DNA of 64,000 bases, from assembly GCA_951406725.2 (NCBI GenBank), contig OX597816.1, positions 73,718,001 to 73,782,000 on the forward strand, in the 5' to 3' direction. Source of the DNA: Octopus vulgaris (Eukaryota). The notes beneath the pieces are model-generated. The model was not told where the DNA came from. It did not search any database and was given only the letters and a program-made list of their open reading frames with translations. The translations under genes were made by a program, and so were the position numbers. Positions 24,496 through 37,399 of the stretch are shown one piece after another. Every line of letters begins with the position of its first letter. Within the stretch, counting starts at the first letter, position 1.

Positions 24496-27400
24496 CACAC
24501 ACAAAAAATCCAAGCCCCTGCAACAGTCAAAACCAGCCACTACACTAACCTCCACATTCCTACTCAATGCACAAGGTGTCAGCCCTTCCATCAATGCACA
24601 AAAATGGAAGGTCCAATTCATTGAAGACTGGGTTGGTAACCATTCACACCACATCCCTTTCTTCATTCTCACTGAGACCCACCTTGACAACTCCCACTTG
24701 GAAGCCGAAGTGAGAGTGAAGAATTTCACAACCATCCGCGCGGATCGTATCGGCAGGAGGAAGGGTGGAACTGCCATTTTCCTGCATGATTCATTTACGG
24801 CAGATGGAAATAGTATATTCTCCAACGGCTACTGTGAATCAGTCACCGTGCACAACAAAGCCAATGACCTGACAGTAATTGGGCTCTATAGGCCGCCCCA
24901 AACACCCATACTGTGCTTTAAAGAATGCCTCAACAGCATTAAGTGCTTTATTCAACAGTGCCATTCTAGCAACATACTCATGATGGGAGACTTCAATCTA
25001 CCCTGTGTTGACTGGACTACAAACTGTTTGAAACCAAGCACTCCCGCCTCAACCGCTGACAAAGAAGCAGCAGAGTCACTTTTCGACTTTACGAATGAGT
25101 TTTTCTTGTCCCAACTTGTCCTTGCACCAACAAGACATCAGAACATTTTGGACCTAGTGTTTAGTAACCACACTAACACTATACATAACGTTACAGTGGA
25201 AAAAACCCTTCTTTCAGACCATGACATGGTTCTCTGTAACATGAAATTCCACCAGCCGAAAGCTAATCCTAGTGACCTTCCTCCAGCCCACCCATTTGAC
25301 AACATGGATCTCCATAATGCCAACTGGGATGCAATCAGGAACGAGCTATCACATGTTGAATGGTCCTTTACACATACACACATCTCCACCAACCATAAAA
25401 CATCTTGGCAGATCTTTGTAGACACCGTCACAGACATATGTGCAAAACACTCCCCACCAAGACCTGTGAACAAAAAGTGCAGAATCCCCCAAAACAGAAA
25501 AACCATTATCAGAAAAATAAAAAGAACAAACAAAAAAATTAACAAACTAAAGTACTGCCAACAGCAACACACACATTCGACGGCTATCGCACTGCTTGAA
25601 TCCAAAAAATATAACCTCCAACAATGCATGAAGACCCTCATCAATAACCAAAGATCAGCTGAGGAGAAGTGGGCCATTGAAAAAATCAAACTCAACCCCA
25701 AAGTGTTCTTTTCATTTGCGAGGAAACGCAGGGTCACTGTCTCCACTGTAGGCCCTCTAATTGACGAAACTGGCACTCTCCAAGATAATGCCAAATCCAT
25801 GGCCGAGATACTGCAGAAACAATACTGCTCTGTTTTCAGCAATCCTGATATGGCCGATCTGGGCTGTATCAGTGATGTCAACCCCCAACACACTATATCG
25901 GACATAACGTTTAGTGCCCCTGATGTGTTAGCGGCGATAAACGAAATAAAACACAATTCAGCAGTAGGCCCCGATAGGTTCCCTGCTTGTGTCCTGAAGG
26001 TGTGTCGACACCAACTTGCATCTCCCCTTGCTAATCTGTGGAGAAACTCACTGGATGCTGGCTATATTCCAAAAAACCTTCTGTCCCAGTCTGTTGTCCC
26101 AGTTTTCAAAAAGGGAAACAAGTCCCTTGCAGTGAATTACCGTCCGATCTCACTCACCTCTCATATCATCAAGGTATTTGAGAGGGTGGTGAGATCTCGA
26201 ATAACCCAATTTCTGGAAAGCAACAGACGGCTGATCTCCAACCAACATGGGTTCCGTAATGGAAGGGACTGCCTAACGCAGCTCCTGCATCACTTTGAGG
26301 ACATTTTGAGAGCTTTGGGAGAGGGCTCCAACACCGATGTCATCTACCTTGATTTCAGTAAGGCCTTCGACAGGGTCGATCACAAGATCCTATTGAAAAA
26401 ACTATCCAACATTGGTGTCTCTGGAAAGTTACTGAAATGGATCAAGTGTTTCCTGACAGACAGATCTCAACATGTTGTAGTTGAAGGGGTAAAATCAAGC
26501 CCAGCCAAAGTCAGTAGTGGCGTTCCGCAAGGCACTGTGCTGGGCCCACTTCTTTTCATCATTTACATTAATGACATTAATGACATCATCAAGCACAGCA
26601 ACATAAAAATCTTTGCAGATGACTCCAAGCTACAGAAGGTCATAAATGAGGCGAGTGACCGGACATGCCTTCAGTCAGATCTACTGGCTGTTATCCAATG
26701 GGCAGAAAAAAACAATATGCTGCTGAACGAGGATAAATTTGAGCTAATCCACTTTGGAAAAGAGGATGCCCTGAAACTCCCATACTCCCTTCCTTCAGGT
26801 GAAACTCTCGCGGCGTCCAACAACATCAGAGACTTGGGAGTAATTGTGGACAACAACATAAGCTGGGCCACTCATATAAACACCAAAGTTGACATGGCCC
26901 GCAGAATGTGTTCCTGGATTCTCAGAACTTTCCAGTCGAGAGATATCCACACCATTATCCTTCTCTTCTCCACTTTTGCCCGACCCCACCTTGAATACTG
27001 TTGTCCACTGTGGTCTCCCCACACAATACAAGGTATCATAAAAGTTGAAGCACCTCAAAGGGCAATCACAAAAAAGATAGATGGCATGACAGGCCTCGAC
27101 TATTGGGGTCGACTAGAAAAGCTAAAACTCTATTCTCTCCAACGTCGTCGTGAGCGCTACATCATCTGCATGATGTGGAAAATATTCCATCAGCATTGCC
27201 CAAATGATGTTGGCATCACCTTTAAGGTACATCCAAGGCTTGGGCCCCGTGCCATCCGCCCAAAACAAAAATCGCACTCTCATCTCATAACAACAATACG
27301 GCACAATTATTTCACCTCAATTGGCCCCGCTCTCTTTAACATTACACCAAAACACATTAAAACAGAAACTGACCCTATAGGGTTCAAGAAGTCTTTGGAC

Positions 27401-27499
27401 AGATTCCTTCAAGAAATCCCGGATAAACCCCCTACACCCGGATATGTCTCTGTAAACAATAACTCTCTACTTGAGTGGGCCATAGTGCCCAAATTCTGA
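24431..27499 (+). CDS. LINE A ORF2: apurinic-like endonuclease + reverse transcriptase (frame open from 24431; start codon unclear)
   Basis: LLNAQG, LTETHL, YRPP, MGDFN, LDLVF, SDHD endonuclease motifs; [37 protein letters not shown] motifs; no internal stops. Confidence 0.96.
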   Translation, partial: PSLNTILCYYPSAPIPHIAATNTHKKSKPLQQSKPATTLTSTFLLNAQGVSPSINAQKWKVQFIEDWVGNHSHHIPFFILTETHLDNSHLEAEVRVKNFTTIRADRIGRRKGGTAIFLHDSFTADGNSIFSNGYCESVTVHNKANDLTVIGLYRPPQTPILCFKECLNSIKCFIQQCHSSNILMMGDFNLPCVDWTTNCLKPSTPASTADKEAAESLFDFTNEFFLSQLVLAPTRHQNILDLVFSNHTNTIHNVTVEKTLLSDHDMVLCNMKFHQPKANPSDLPPAHPFDNMDLHNANWDAIRNELSHVEWSFTHTHISTNHKTSWQIFVDTVTDICAKHSPPRPVNKKCRIPQNRKTIIRKIKRTNKKINKLKYCQQQHTHSTAIALLESKKYNLQQCMKTLINNQRSAEEKWAIEKIKLNPKVFFSFARKRRVTVSTVGPLIDETGTLQDNAKSMAEILQKQYCSVFSNPDMADLGCISDVNPQHTISDITFSAPDVLAAINEIKHNSAVGPDRFPACVLKVCRHQLASPLANLWRNSLDAGYIPKNLLSQSVVPVFKKGNKSLAVNYRPISLTSHIIKVFERVVRSRITQFLESNRRLISNQHGFRNGRDCLTQLLHHFEDILRALGEGSNTDVIYLDFSKAFDRVDHKILLKKLSNIGVSGKLLKWIKCFLTDRSQHVVVEGVKSSPAKVSSGVPQGTVLGPLLFIIYINDINDIIKHSNIKIFADDSKLQKVINEASDRTCLQSDLLAVIQWAEKNNMLLNEDKFELIHFGKEDALKLPYSLPSGETLAASNNIRDLGVIVDNNISWATHINTKVDMARRMCSWILRTFQSRDIHTIILLFSTFARPHLEYCCPLWSPHTIQGIIKVEAPQRAITKKIDGMTGLDYWGRLEKLKLYSLQRRRERYIICMMWKIFHQHCPNDVGITFKVHPRLGPRAIRPKQKSHSHLITTIRHNYFTSIGPALFNITPKHIKTETDPIGFKKSLDRFLQEIPDKPPTPGYVSVNNNSLLEWAIVPKF

Positions 27500-27588
27500 C
27501 TTGAAAGACTTCACCAGGTGGTGCTATTAAGTTAGACATGGCCTGGGCCAATAATGGCCGAAACCTATCAAAGTATCAAAGTATCAAA

Positions 27589-27629
<41 letters not shown>

Positions 27630-27674
27630 TATATATGTGCCTCTGTTGATGTGCGCTTCCCATAATAACAGGAA

Positions 27675-27747
27675 TCTTACTGAAGAGCCTACCTGAGTAA
27701 ATAAATATTATTTTTATTGCTGAAATAGGCGAAACTGCAGTCTAAGA
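27675..27747 (+). ncRNA. Type I hammerhead ribozyme with intact core
   Basis: TCTTA-CTGAAGA-GCCTA-(AT-rich loop)-TAGGC-GAAA-CTGCAG-TC-TAAGA: 5-bp stems I and II, canonical CUGANGA/GAAA, GUC cleavage triplet, palindromic stem III. Confidence 0.88.
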
Positions 27748-27939
27748 AGAACTAAGTTTGTAAAAGTTTTTAATTTTCATCTCATTAAATTTATCCAGCT
27801 TTTGTGTATCTAGTACACACTTCGCCTTTTAATGTACTTATATATGAATAATATATGGCGTGTCCTAGAACACCGGCGATAATAATTAATTTTATTGTAT
27901 CGCATTTGACTTTGTTTACGTATATATATATATATATAT

Positions 27940-27970
<31 letters not shown>

Positions 27971-27983
27971 TATATAGATATAT

Positions 27984-28032
<49 letters not shown>

Positions 28033-28051
28033 TATATATGTATATAGATAT

Positions 28052-28277
<226 letters not shown>

Positions 28278-29149
28278 ACGGAGACTGGGAAATTAATAAT
28301 TGTTTATTATTAACACCAAATTAATCATCATCCCTTACACCTGTTTCAATTAATACTCAGTAAATATGGAGTAAATTAAGTTTTTAACTTACGACACTTT
28401 TGCAAATAGCCACAACATATAAATATATATATATATATATAAAATTTAGTCCATTCACTTTGAGGCAATGTAAGAAACGAAAACAGACTAGAAATGGTCT
28501 GGTAACCTAACGACCAGATAATGACCAGCCTTATACAATCCGCTATCAAGAAGAACAGGTTCGTTTAAACCCGAACTATACATTGCAGCCCATACTTACG
28601 CCTTCTGCCACAGTTTTACCAGTTATATGCATTGCAATGCTTGCATTTGAATAGATTGGAGTTGCCGACGACAGGAAATATTTCTTCGTCTGACTAACTT
28701 ATGTGAGCAAATAATACAAATTAATCATTAAGATCAATAATATTTCCGTATCGAACTGAGCTGAACGATCAAAATAGTCTTTATTCAGTTGACTAAACTG
28801 ATATTAGAGCCATTGTATTATTAAGTGTTATTTCTTTAAAACTCTAAATAATTTCTGATTTTGACTAACCTGTGTTCAGAAAGATTTAATACATTTAAGG
28901 AACGAGTACTCTTAATTCAGCGATTTAGTGAACGTTAAAACAGTCAACTTCATAGATGTTGCGTTATTTACATCTAAGAGACAACTTTGGCTTATCGACG
29001 AATGTTCTAACTTCATCTGCCACGTTTCCTCTCCTCATTTAGTACTCAACAAAATAATCAATGATTTTTTAATACATTCACAAACAATATTGCATTTTAC
29101 ATAGCAACGATTTAGAATGGTAAGTGATTTCAAGAAAAATCAGCTTTAA

Positions 29150-30516
29150 AAGTGCAGTGTAAAAGAAATTCGTCCAGATTCCGTTTAAAGGTGATGGGAT
29201 CCTTTTCCTCTTTGATCAGTTTTGGGACAATGTTAAACAGGGCAAGGCTTGTTGAGGAAAAGAAATTGCGTCACAGTGTACCTATATGTTGCGATCCTGA
29301 ATTGGGTAGGAGACGTATGACCCGTGGTCCCAGCCTTGGATGAACCTTGAAGCTAATGTTCAGGTCGTTTGGGCAATGCTGGCGGTATATTCTCCACATC
29401 GTGCAAATGATGTACCGCTCACGGCGGTGCTGGAAAGAGTTGAGTTTCAAGGCTTTAAGGAGGTCCCAGTAATCGAGATCATGCCCTTAGTTCGTTTAGT
29501 GAGTGCCCTCTGGAGTGATTCAATTTTCGAGATGTTTTGTTTTGCATGAGGAGACGACAGGGGGCAGCAGTATACAAAGGAGAAAAGTGGAACTATGACA
29601 CCTTGTTCTCTGGACCGGAAGGTTCTTAAGATCCTTATTGTTGATGTGGGCACTCCAACTGAGATTTTTATCAACAATTACTCCTAGGTCTCTCATATTA
29701 TTAGATGTTGTGAGCAGTTCCCCAGAAGGAAGAGAGTATGGCTGTTTTAGCATAGACTTTCTTCCAAAATGCATAGACTTTCTTCCAAAATGCATCAGCT
29801 AAAATTTTCCCTCGTTCAGTTGCATTTTTGTTTTTGTCTGCCCATTAACTTACAGCATATAGATCAGACTGGAGTTGAGTTCGGTCTTCTTCATTGGTGA
29901 TTTGCTGGAACTCAGAGTCATCAGCAAATATTTTAACTTTGCAGTGATTTATGACGTTGGAATGGTCGTTTGCGTAGATTATAAAGAGGAGCGGGCCCAA
30001 GATAGTCCCATGAGGGACACCATTGGTGACTTTTGCTGGGGTTGAGTGGACTCTATCGACCACAACATGTTGTGTTCTATTCGCCAGGAGATACTCAATC
30101 CAGTGTAGAAGTATTCCATGGATTCCAACAGTTGCTAATTTTGAGAGTAAGATATTATGGTCAACCCTGTCGAACGCTTTACTGAAGTCAAGATATATGA
30201 CATCAGAGTTCGAACCTGTTCCGTAGGCTTTATGTATATCTTCAATATGGTGTATGAGCTGTGTTAAACAGTCCCAGGCCACAGCGAAAGCTATACTGAT
30301 TTGCATTTAGGAGTTTGTGGATCTCCAGGAAGCCAGCTATCCTTGATCTTACCACTCTTTCAAACACTTTAGTGATGTAGGAGGTGAATGAGATTGGGTG
30401 ATAGTTGACTGCGATGGATCTGTTTCCCTGTATGAAAACCGGAATGCCAGACTGGGATAGGAGCTATTTCGGTATATAACCTGAGTCTAAAGAATTTCTC
30501 CAGAGGTTGGTCAGAG
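29150..30516 (-). mobile_element. Decayed 5'-truncated relative of LINE A (RT region)
   Basis: DCLTQLIHH, DVIYLDFSKAFDRVDH, GVPHGTILGPLLFIIY, IFADDS, YSLPSGE...MRDLGVIVD; frameshifts and a 21-bp tandem duplication at ~29750-29792. Confidence 0.92.
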
Positions 30517-30539
30517 ATATATACATATACACACATACA

Positions 30540-30578
<39 letters not shown>

Positions 30579-30599
30579 TTATATATAGATATATACACT

Positions 30600-30660
<61 letters not shown>

Positions 30661-30985
30661 CTAAATACGTATTTATGAACGGTGCCCTGTATGTCATGCC
30701 GAAATACTTGTACTTAATTCTTCACGATAAAAATATGAATACAGGCTTCTCAGACTAATTTTAACACACAAACACACATACAGACACACACACACATACA
30801 CACACAAACACACACATACGTACATATAGTCATACATATATATATATATGCATTTATGTATGTGTGTGTATATACATACATATATGTGTGTATTATGCGT
30901 GTGCGTATGTTTGTGTATGTATATATACATATATATACGTGTGTATGTATGTATAGATATTTATGGCAATCTAATATACATAAAA

Positions 30986-31057
<72 letters not shown>

Positions 31058-31105
31058 TTAGATTGCTAGTCTATTTCATTTATATGTATAGATCTATGTG
31101 TGCGT

Positions 31106-31141
<36 letters not shown>

Positions 31142-31319
31142 ATACACACATATACACATATATATTTGGTTAAAACTCTTTTTTTTTTCATCATTTACAG
31201 ACTGAAATTGACATCAATTCTGCAACGAACAATAATTCGTGTTTAATGCTAAAAGCTTTTGTCCATTAGCATGGAAGGGTCAGAAATCCGTACATAGACT
31301 TCAGTAGACAATTATGCTC

Positions 31320-31369
<50 letters not shown>

Positions 31370-31930
31370 TGTATGTATGTATGTATGTATGCATGTATGC
31401 ATATATATATGTGTGTGTATGTGTATGAGTGTGTGTGCGCGCGTATATATATATAGGTATATAGACATTTAATTACATGCATCTACATACACGGACAAAC
31501 ATACACATGCATCTATATATAAATATGTGTGTGCTTGACTCTGTGTGCGTGTATACACACATACATATTTATGTGTGTGTGTGCAATGCATAAATTTTTT
31601 ACTTCATTTTCCCCTTCTTACCTTTTGGTGATTTTTGGGGATTTTTTGTTGGTTTCTAAGTTCTGTATATCTGTCTGATGGTAACTGTATTCAATATGCT
31701 GAGACAGACACAAACATACACAGTCTCACACGTGCGTGCGAGCACACGCACACACCAACACACACATACAGGGACATACTTACTCATGTGCGTCCTGCAT
31801 GTTCACGGAGAGAGATAGATAGATAGATACATACATACATACATACATACATAAATACATACATACATATACTCACATGTGTATACAAACATGTTTCTGT
31901 ATAAAACATGTGTGTGTGCGCATATATACG

Positions 31931-31970
<40 letters not shown>

Positions 31971-31971
31971 C

Positions 31972-32004
<33 letters not shown>

Positions 32005-32112
32005 GATATATATGCATATACATATATATATATATATATCTATATATATGCATATACATATATATATATCTGTTTGTAAAGATGTATATATTTATAGATG
32101 CATATATACATG

Positions 32113-32179
<67 letters not shown>

Positions 32180-32831
32180 CGTATTCATATACTTATATAT
32201 GTGTATGTGTGTATACATATGTATATATATATATATATATATCCGTATATATATCCATATGTATATATATATATATACATACATACATATACATACATAC
32301 ATGTGTGTGAATTTCTGCACACATCTGTACATGTGTGTTTTGGCCAGCATATACACGTGTGCGCGTGCGTGTCAATGTGTGCATTTTTATTCCATAATGG
32401 AAACAACAAGAAACAAGAAAAAAAATCGTCGAAGAATCGAAGACAAGAAACAATACGAAAAACCGCAGAAAGTTAAGTCTGTTGTGAAGAATAAAAAAAA
32501 TTCATGATTCAGACTTGATGTGTTTATTATTAAAAATATAAAAATAGTCACACTTAAATGGATAAGGTGACCGAGGAGTATACACGAAGCAAGTGAAGGT
32601 AATATGTTTGTGTACTTTCGATTGTGTATTGCTTCAGTTTGTTTATGAGAAATTGTTTGCGTGTAAGCGTGCATGTGTATTCGTTATGTATAAACACAGT
32701 GGTAGCTCTGTGTATGTGTGCGTATATATATGTATATACATAAATATGTATGTATATGTATGTGCATATATGTACGCGTGTGTGTGTGAACATAAGCTCG
32801 TTTGCATGATTATATGTATACAAACATGCTC

Positions 32832-32891
<60 letters not shown>

Positions 32892-32934
32892 CACTTTCAT
32901 GTATGTATATATGTCATCTACACACACATGTACA

Positions 32935-32966
<32 letters not shown>

Positions 32967-33063
32967 CATATATATATACATACATATATATATACATATA
33001 TATATATATACATACATATATATATACATACATATATATATATACACATATATATATACATAC

Positions 33064-33098
<35 letters not shown>

Positions 33099-33142
33099 CA
33101 TACATATATATATACATACATAGATATGTGTGTGTGTGCGTG

Positions 33143-33190
<48 letters not shown>

Positions 33191-33599
33191 TGTATGTATG
33201 TATATATAATGTCCCCTGTCCGCGTATGTATATTGTGGGCTTCGCACAGCATTAAGAGTTTTTAACTATTTCTTACAATATAGGTGTGTCAGGACCCTCA
33301 GTTACAGTTAGTGGCGATAATTTTTTTCCTTTATGGTCTTATATTGTGCCTAGATGTTTATATTAATTTTTAATGAAGACATGAGCATTTCGCTAAGTCT
33401 GCAATAAATTTATATGGTGCGCAACTCCATTGTCTCCCGAGACAAAAAGGATGCCAACAATATATATATATACTGACAGGCCGGTTTAGCTAAACCAGCG
33501 AGCGACTGAGTAGTCACTGCTGACGGACCTATAACTATTAATTTCTGCTTTACTGAGAAACACTCACATTGAGGGTAAAAACAAAAACACAACTATAAA

Positions 33600-34135
33600 T
33601 ATTGCACTTGTAGTCACCCATAATCTTAGAAAATACTATATCATACATTCGGCCAAACGATTTCTTCCAATTCTAAATCAGTCATCGAATTCCCAATACA
33701 CAGTTAAGGAATCACAAATAATCAGCTGCCGAGGACAACCAGCAAATCTCAAAAGACATCTCAGAAAGTGAAATTCACATCTGAAGAAAGAATAATAAAG
33801 TTAACAAACAATGGAGACCCAATTGTAGGAAGTATAAAATAATTGAGCAGGGAAAAACAAAAAAGGTTCAAATGTGGAAGGAATTGAATGTTAAAGCAAA
33901 CATGAATTGCAAAGCAAAAGAAAAAGACTCATCTTCTGCATCACATGCAATGAGAACTATATCGGAGAAACAGGATCGAAATTAACTAACCGTGTGAGAA
34001 TGCACAAACAGCAAATCAGACTAGAAATGTTGTTAGGAACTTCTTTAGAAATGCTCTTAGAAATTTCCATGTAATGAACATCTAGATATTTGTGCAAATG
34101 AAAAATTCAAAATATTTCCTTTTTTTCAAAATACA
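33600..34135 (+). pseudogene. Decayed PLE GIY-YIG region
   Basis: LIFCITCNENYIGETGSKLTNRVRMHKQQIR at ~33928-34020; HLDICANEKFKIFPF downstream. Confidence 0.75.
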
Positions 34136-34145
34136 TTATAAAAAT

Positions 34146-34351
34146 GTGGTTGTATACAGTCAACATAACGTGACAGTCCTGTAAGGGAATTACACCACCG
34201 CTATTTAGCCCTAGGAAGCATTTCCTGTGTCCTTATATGACACAGGAAATGTGTCAAAGCCGACAGGAAGCGTTGATGCTTCCTAGGGCTAAATAGCGGT
34301 GGTGTAATTCCCTTAGAGGACTGTCACGTTATGTTGACTGTATACAACCAC
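34146..34351. repeat. Near-perfect foldback element (~75-bp arms) with an internal second hairpin
   Basis: GTGGTTGTATACAGTCAACATAACGTGACAGTCCT...CCTAGGAAGCAT is mirrored at 34277-34351; inner ATTTCCTGTGTC-cttatat-GACACAGGAAAT. Confidence 0.9.
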
Positions 34352-34729
34352 TCTATCGCTCCACCACCGCTCGTGTCTCTTTGAGACATTTAGAAATTCA
34401 ATATTTCTAATTATAAAAATGATCAATTATGAACGGCAAAAATAGTATGAATACTTTATAAGAATTCTAAATCTGAAATAATTAAATAGGAAGTAATCTG
34501 CGCTACTACCAGAAACAACCTCGTCTCTACAGATTACGGGATAACGAAACCACTTAAAAGCACAATACAAAAATTTCATTCCATAAGTTCGTGTCATTCT
34601 GTTTTTTCTAGAATATTTATAGTCAATAATTTTTAAGAAACTCTTCATGTAATGCGACTGTATTAAGTATTTTTTGCAAAATCTTGTAAATAAATATACG
34701 CTTACATATGCATACCAACATTCATATAT

Positions 34730-35978
34730 ATTTTTTTCTCTTCGACGACACACACTACCGTCAAAAATGTGGTATTGCGATGGGCACCAAGGCTGCACCA
34801 GTCCTTGCGAACCTCATAATGGGTTTCTTCGAACTATCACTCTATGAAATATCACGCCAGAAATTTGGACATGTTTTCCACACCTACCTAATGGAAAACT
34901 GGAAAAGGTATTTGGATGATTATTTCATCATATGGAAAAACCTTATGAAAAACTCCTGGAATTCAAAACCATACTAAACAACATACATCCCAACATCCAA
35001 TTCACTATGGAATTAAGCAAACATCATCTCCCATTCCTTGATCTCCTAATTATAAAAACACCTAAGAACCAAATCATAACAGACATCTACCACAAACCTA
35101 CAGACTCACAACAATACCTCCTCTTTAGTTCATGCCACCCAAAACACACCAAGACAAATATCCCTTTCAATTTAGCTAAAAGGGTATGCACCATTGTCTC
35201 GGTTCCAAAAACACGAGAAATACGCCTTCAAGACCTCAAAAAAACACTATTACAACGCCAATATCCCTCCACCCTTATAGAGTATGGAATAAAACGCGCC
35301 AAAGAACTAGATAACATTACACTGAAAACCACCCAACCTAACACCACACACAACCTCAAAATACTTCCATACATTTCCACCCAAAACCCCAAAAATATCG
35401 AAGCATACACCACACTCATACAAAACCTCAGTCTACTGTCAACAGACCCAAAAATGAAAAATATTATAAATACACACAAAATCCTCAAATGTAAAAGGCA
35501 ACACAAATCTTTAAAAAAACTCTTGACAAATGCCAAACTTCACACACCACATCCACCCCCAGCAGTAAAAAAATGTGCACGTCCAAACAGTGGCACCTGC
35601 CCCTTCCTACTTGAAGGCTCTGAATTTACCTTCAAACAAGGTACGAAGTTTAAAATCAAGACTAACTTCTCCTGTTCCTCCGAGAACCTTATCTACGTTC
35701 TCACATGCGCTGGTTGCCAACATAATTATGTTGGACAAACGAGTCTCCCGTTACGTAAACGAGTAGCGGTGCATAAAGAACAAATAAATCTCCCGGAATA
35801 CCGACAAATTCCACTGAGTGACCACATAGACTCATGCGCTAAAGACTTAAACCCCAAATTCTATATATTCCCCTTCTACCATTGTAAAGACGGGATCACC
35901 ACACAGGAGAGAATTAACAAGGAGAATCTCTTTATTCAAAAATTCCAAACACAACTTTATATGCAAACTCCTCGTTGA
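34730..35978 (+). pseudogene. PLE RT-GIY-YIG polyprotein fragment (one frameshift near 34940)
   Basis: ORFs 34708-34977 and 34932-35978 join into a continuous PLE protein; the Cys-rich linker suggests the Neptune group. Confidence 0.9.
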
Positions 35979-36707
35979 TCAAACTTCCTTTTTCTACCTC
36001 AATCTTCATGGATGGACTAACACAAATATATAAGGATACCATGCATTCTCCTTTTTCTACCTCATTCTTCATGGAGGGACTAACACAAATATATAAGGAT
36101 ACCATGCATTCATCACTTCAAGCTAAAACTTATATTCTTTAAATATCATTTTTACTATTGTTGTTATTACTATCATTTTTATTATATATGATATAACAAT
36201 CTGAAATGTAATTCTAAATTGGTCTATGCAAATTTATATAATTAGAAAATAATATAAATAAAGTGTTAAAATCTGAAAGTTAAGTTAACTAACAATTATA
36301 TAAAAAAGATAATGCAAATGAAGCTAAAATGATAATTTTATAATTTGGGGTTTATTAGCAGCCTTTATTGCAGGGGAGTTTTGAGAAACACAAATTGAAG
36401 AACTCAAAAGAGTTGTCTCCCCTTATTCACAACACAGGAACTGAAGAACCACAATTACTACTACTTCCTGTTTTGCCAACATCTTTAATTAAACCAAACA
36501 ACACATGGTCTTAATCCCATTGGATCCTAATACCTCAAGGTAATTTTTTCGTGAACAATCATTAAACTCAAGATACACAACGAATTCACAATGTATCGGA
36601 GTACTTATTTTTTAATTTTTGTACATATTTATTATTATTCTTTTGCAAAAAACAATGCAACTTCCTTTTTTCCCCTTTCTCACTTTAAAAATTTTTTTTT
36701 ACCTAAC

Positions 36708-36749
36708 TATTCTTGATAAGTCATATTATGACGAAAACCGGTTTGAATA
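36708..36749 (+). ncRNA. Degenerate minimal type I hammerhead at the 3' end of the PLE
   Basis: TATTC-TTGATAA-GTCAT-att-ATGAC-GAAA-ACCGGT-TT-GAATA; stems intact, core differs from CUGAUGA at two positions. Confidence 0.7.
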
Positions 36750-36836
36750 AATATATATTTATATATTTTATCAATTTCTCATTCCATTAAAATTTTCTTT
36801 CAATTTAGCATTCTGCATTTTTACAATTTTTCCTTG

Positions 36837-36914
<78 letters not shown>

Positions 36915-37399
36915 GTATATATATATATGTATATATATATATGTATATATCCGGTTCCGTTTTTAACAGAGAGAGACGTATTGCCTCTTCTCTGTGAAAA
37001 AGTTTGCATAGATCGGCGAAATAACCCACTGTAGTTGCAAAACGTAAAACTCTAAGTCATAGAGATCACTACAACACTTTGGTTAAAAATATTTAAAAAA
37101 ATATATATATAAATATATACATATACACAGTAATTTTCATTTTCGCCGAAACGCACATGGTGCAAAAATAACTGAATCAAGTTATCTCCTGCAAGAAAGA
37201 AAAAGAAGCATCTCTCCTGAAAAAAATCCCGTAAACCAAAAAAATAATCCAGACCACATTGTTGGATTAAGTATCAATTTCATCTATTTCATATTTTATT
37301 TATTATTCTATTTCATCCTTCACTTAGGCCCACATCTTAGTTAAAGTTGCGATCGTCATTTTGTTTGTTTACATTTTCAATATCTGTTCTCGATATAAT

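Larger units (their letters stand above)
22931..27589 (+). mobile_element. Apparently full-length LINE 'A' (APE-RT, CR1/L2 group) inserted in TA-rich microsatellite
   Basis: 5' UTR, ORF1, uninterrupted ORF2, short 3' UTR with hairpin GGCCA-ataa-TGGCC and (TATCAAAG)3 tail; TA-rich repeats on both sides. Confidence 0.93.
34730..36800 (+). mobile_element. 5'-truncated Penelope-like element (RT C-terminal half + GIY-YIG + 3' region with hammerhead)
   Basis: GIAMGTKAAPVLANL, WKRYLDDYF, LPFLDL, IYHKPTD, SSCHPKH; NLIYVLTCAGCQHNYVGQT; ~59-bp tandem duplication after the stop; degenerate hammerhead at 36708. Confidence 0.93.

Noticed and set aside
25138-25956. 272-aa antisense ORF within LINE A ORF2 (and similar antisense ORFs in LINE B)
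   Set aside because: Shadow of the sense coding strand with no recognisable motif
28330-28390. GAAACAGGTGTA half-hammerhead on the minus strand
   Set aside because: No CUGANGA or stem I partner found nearby
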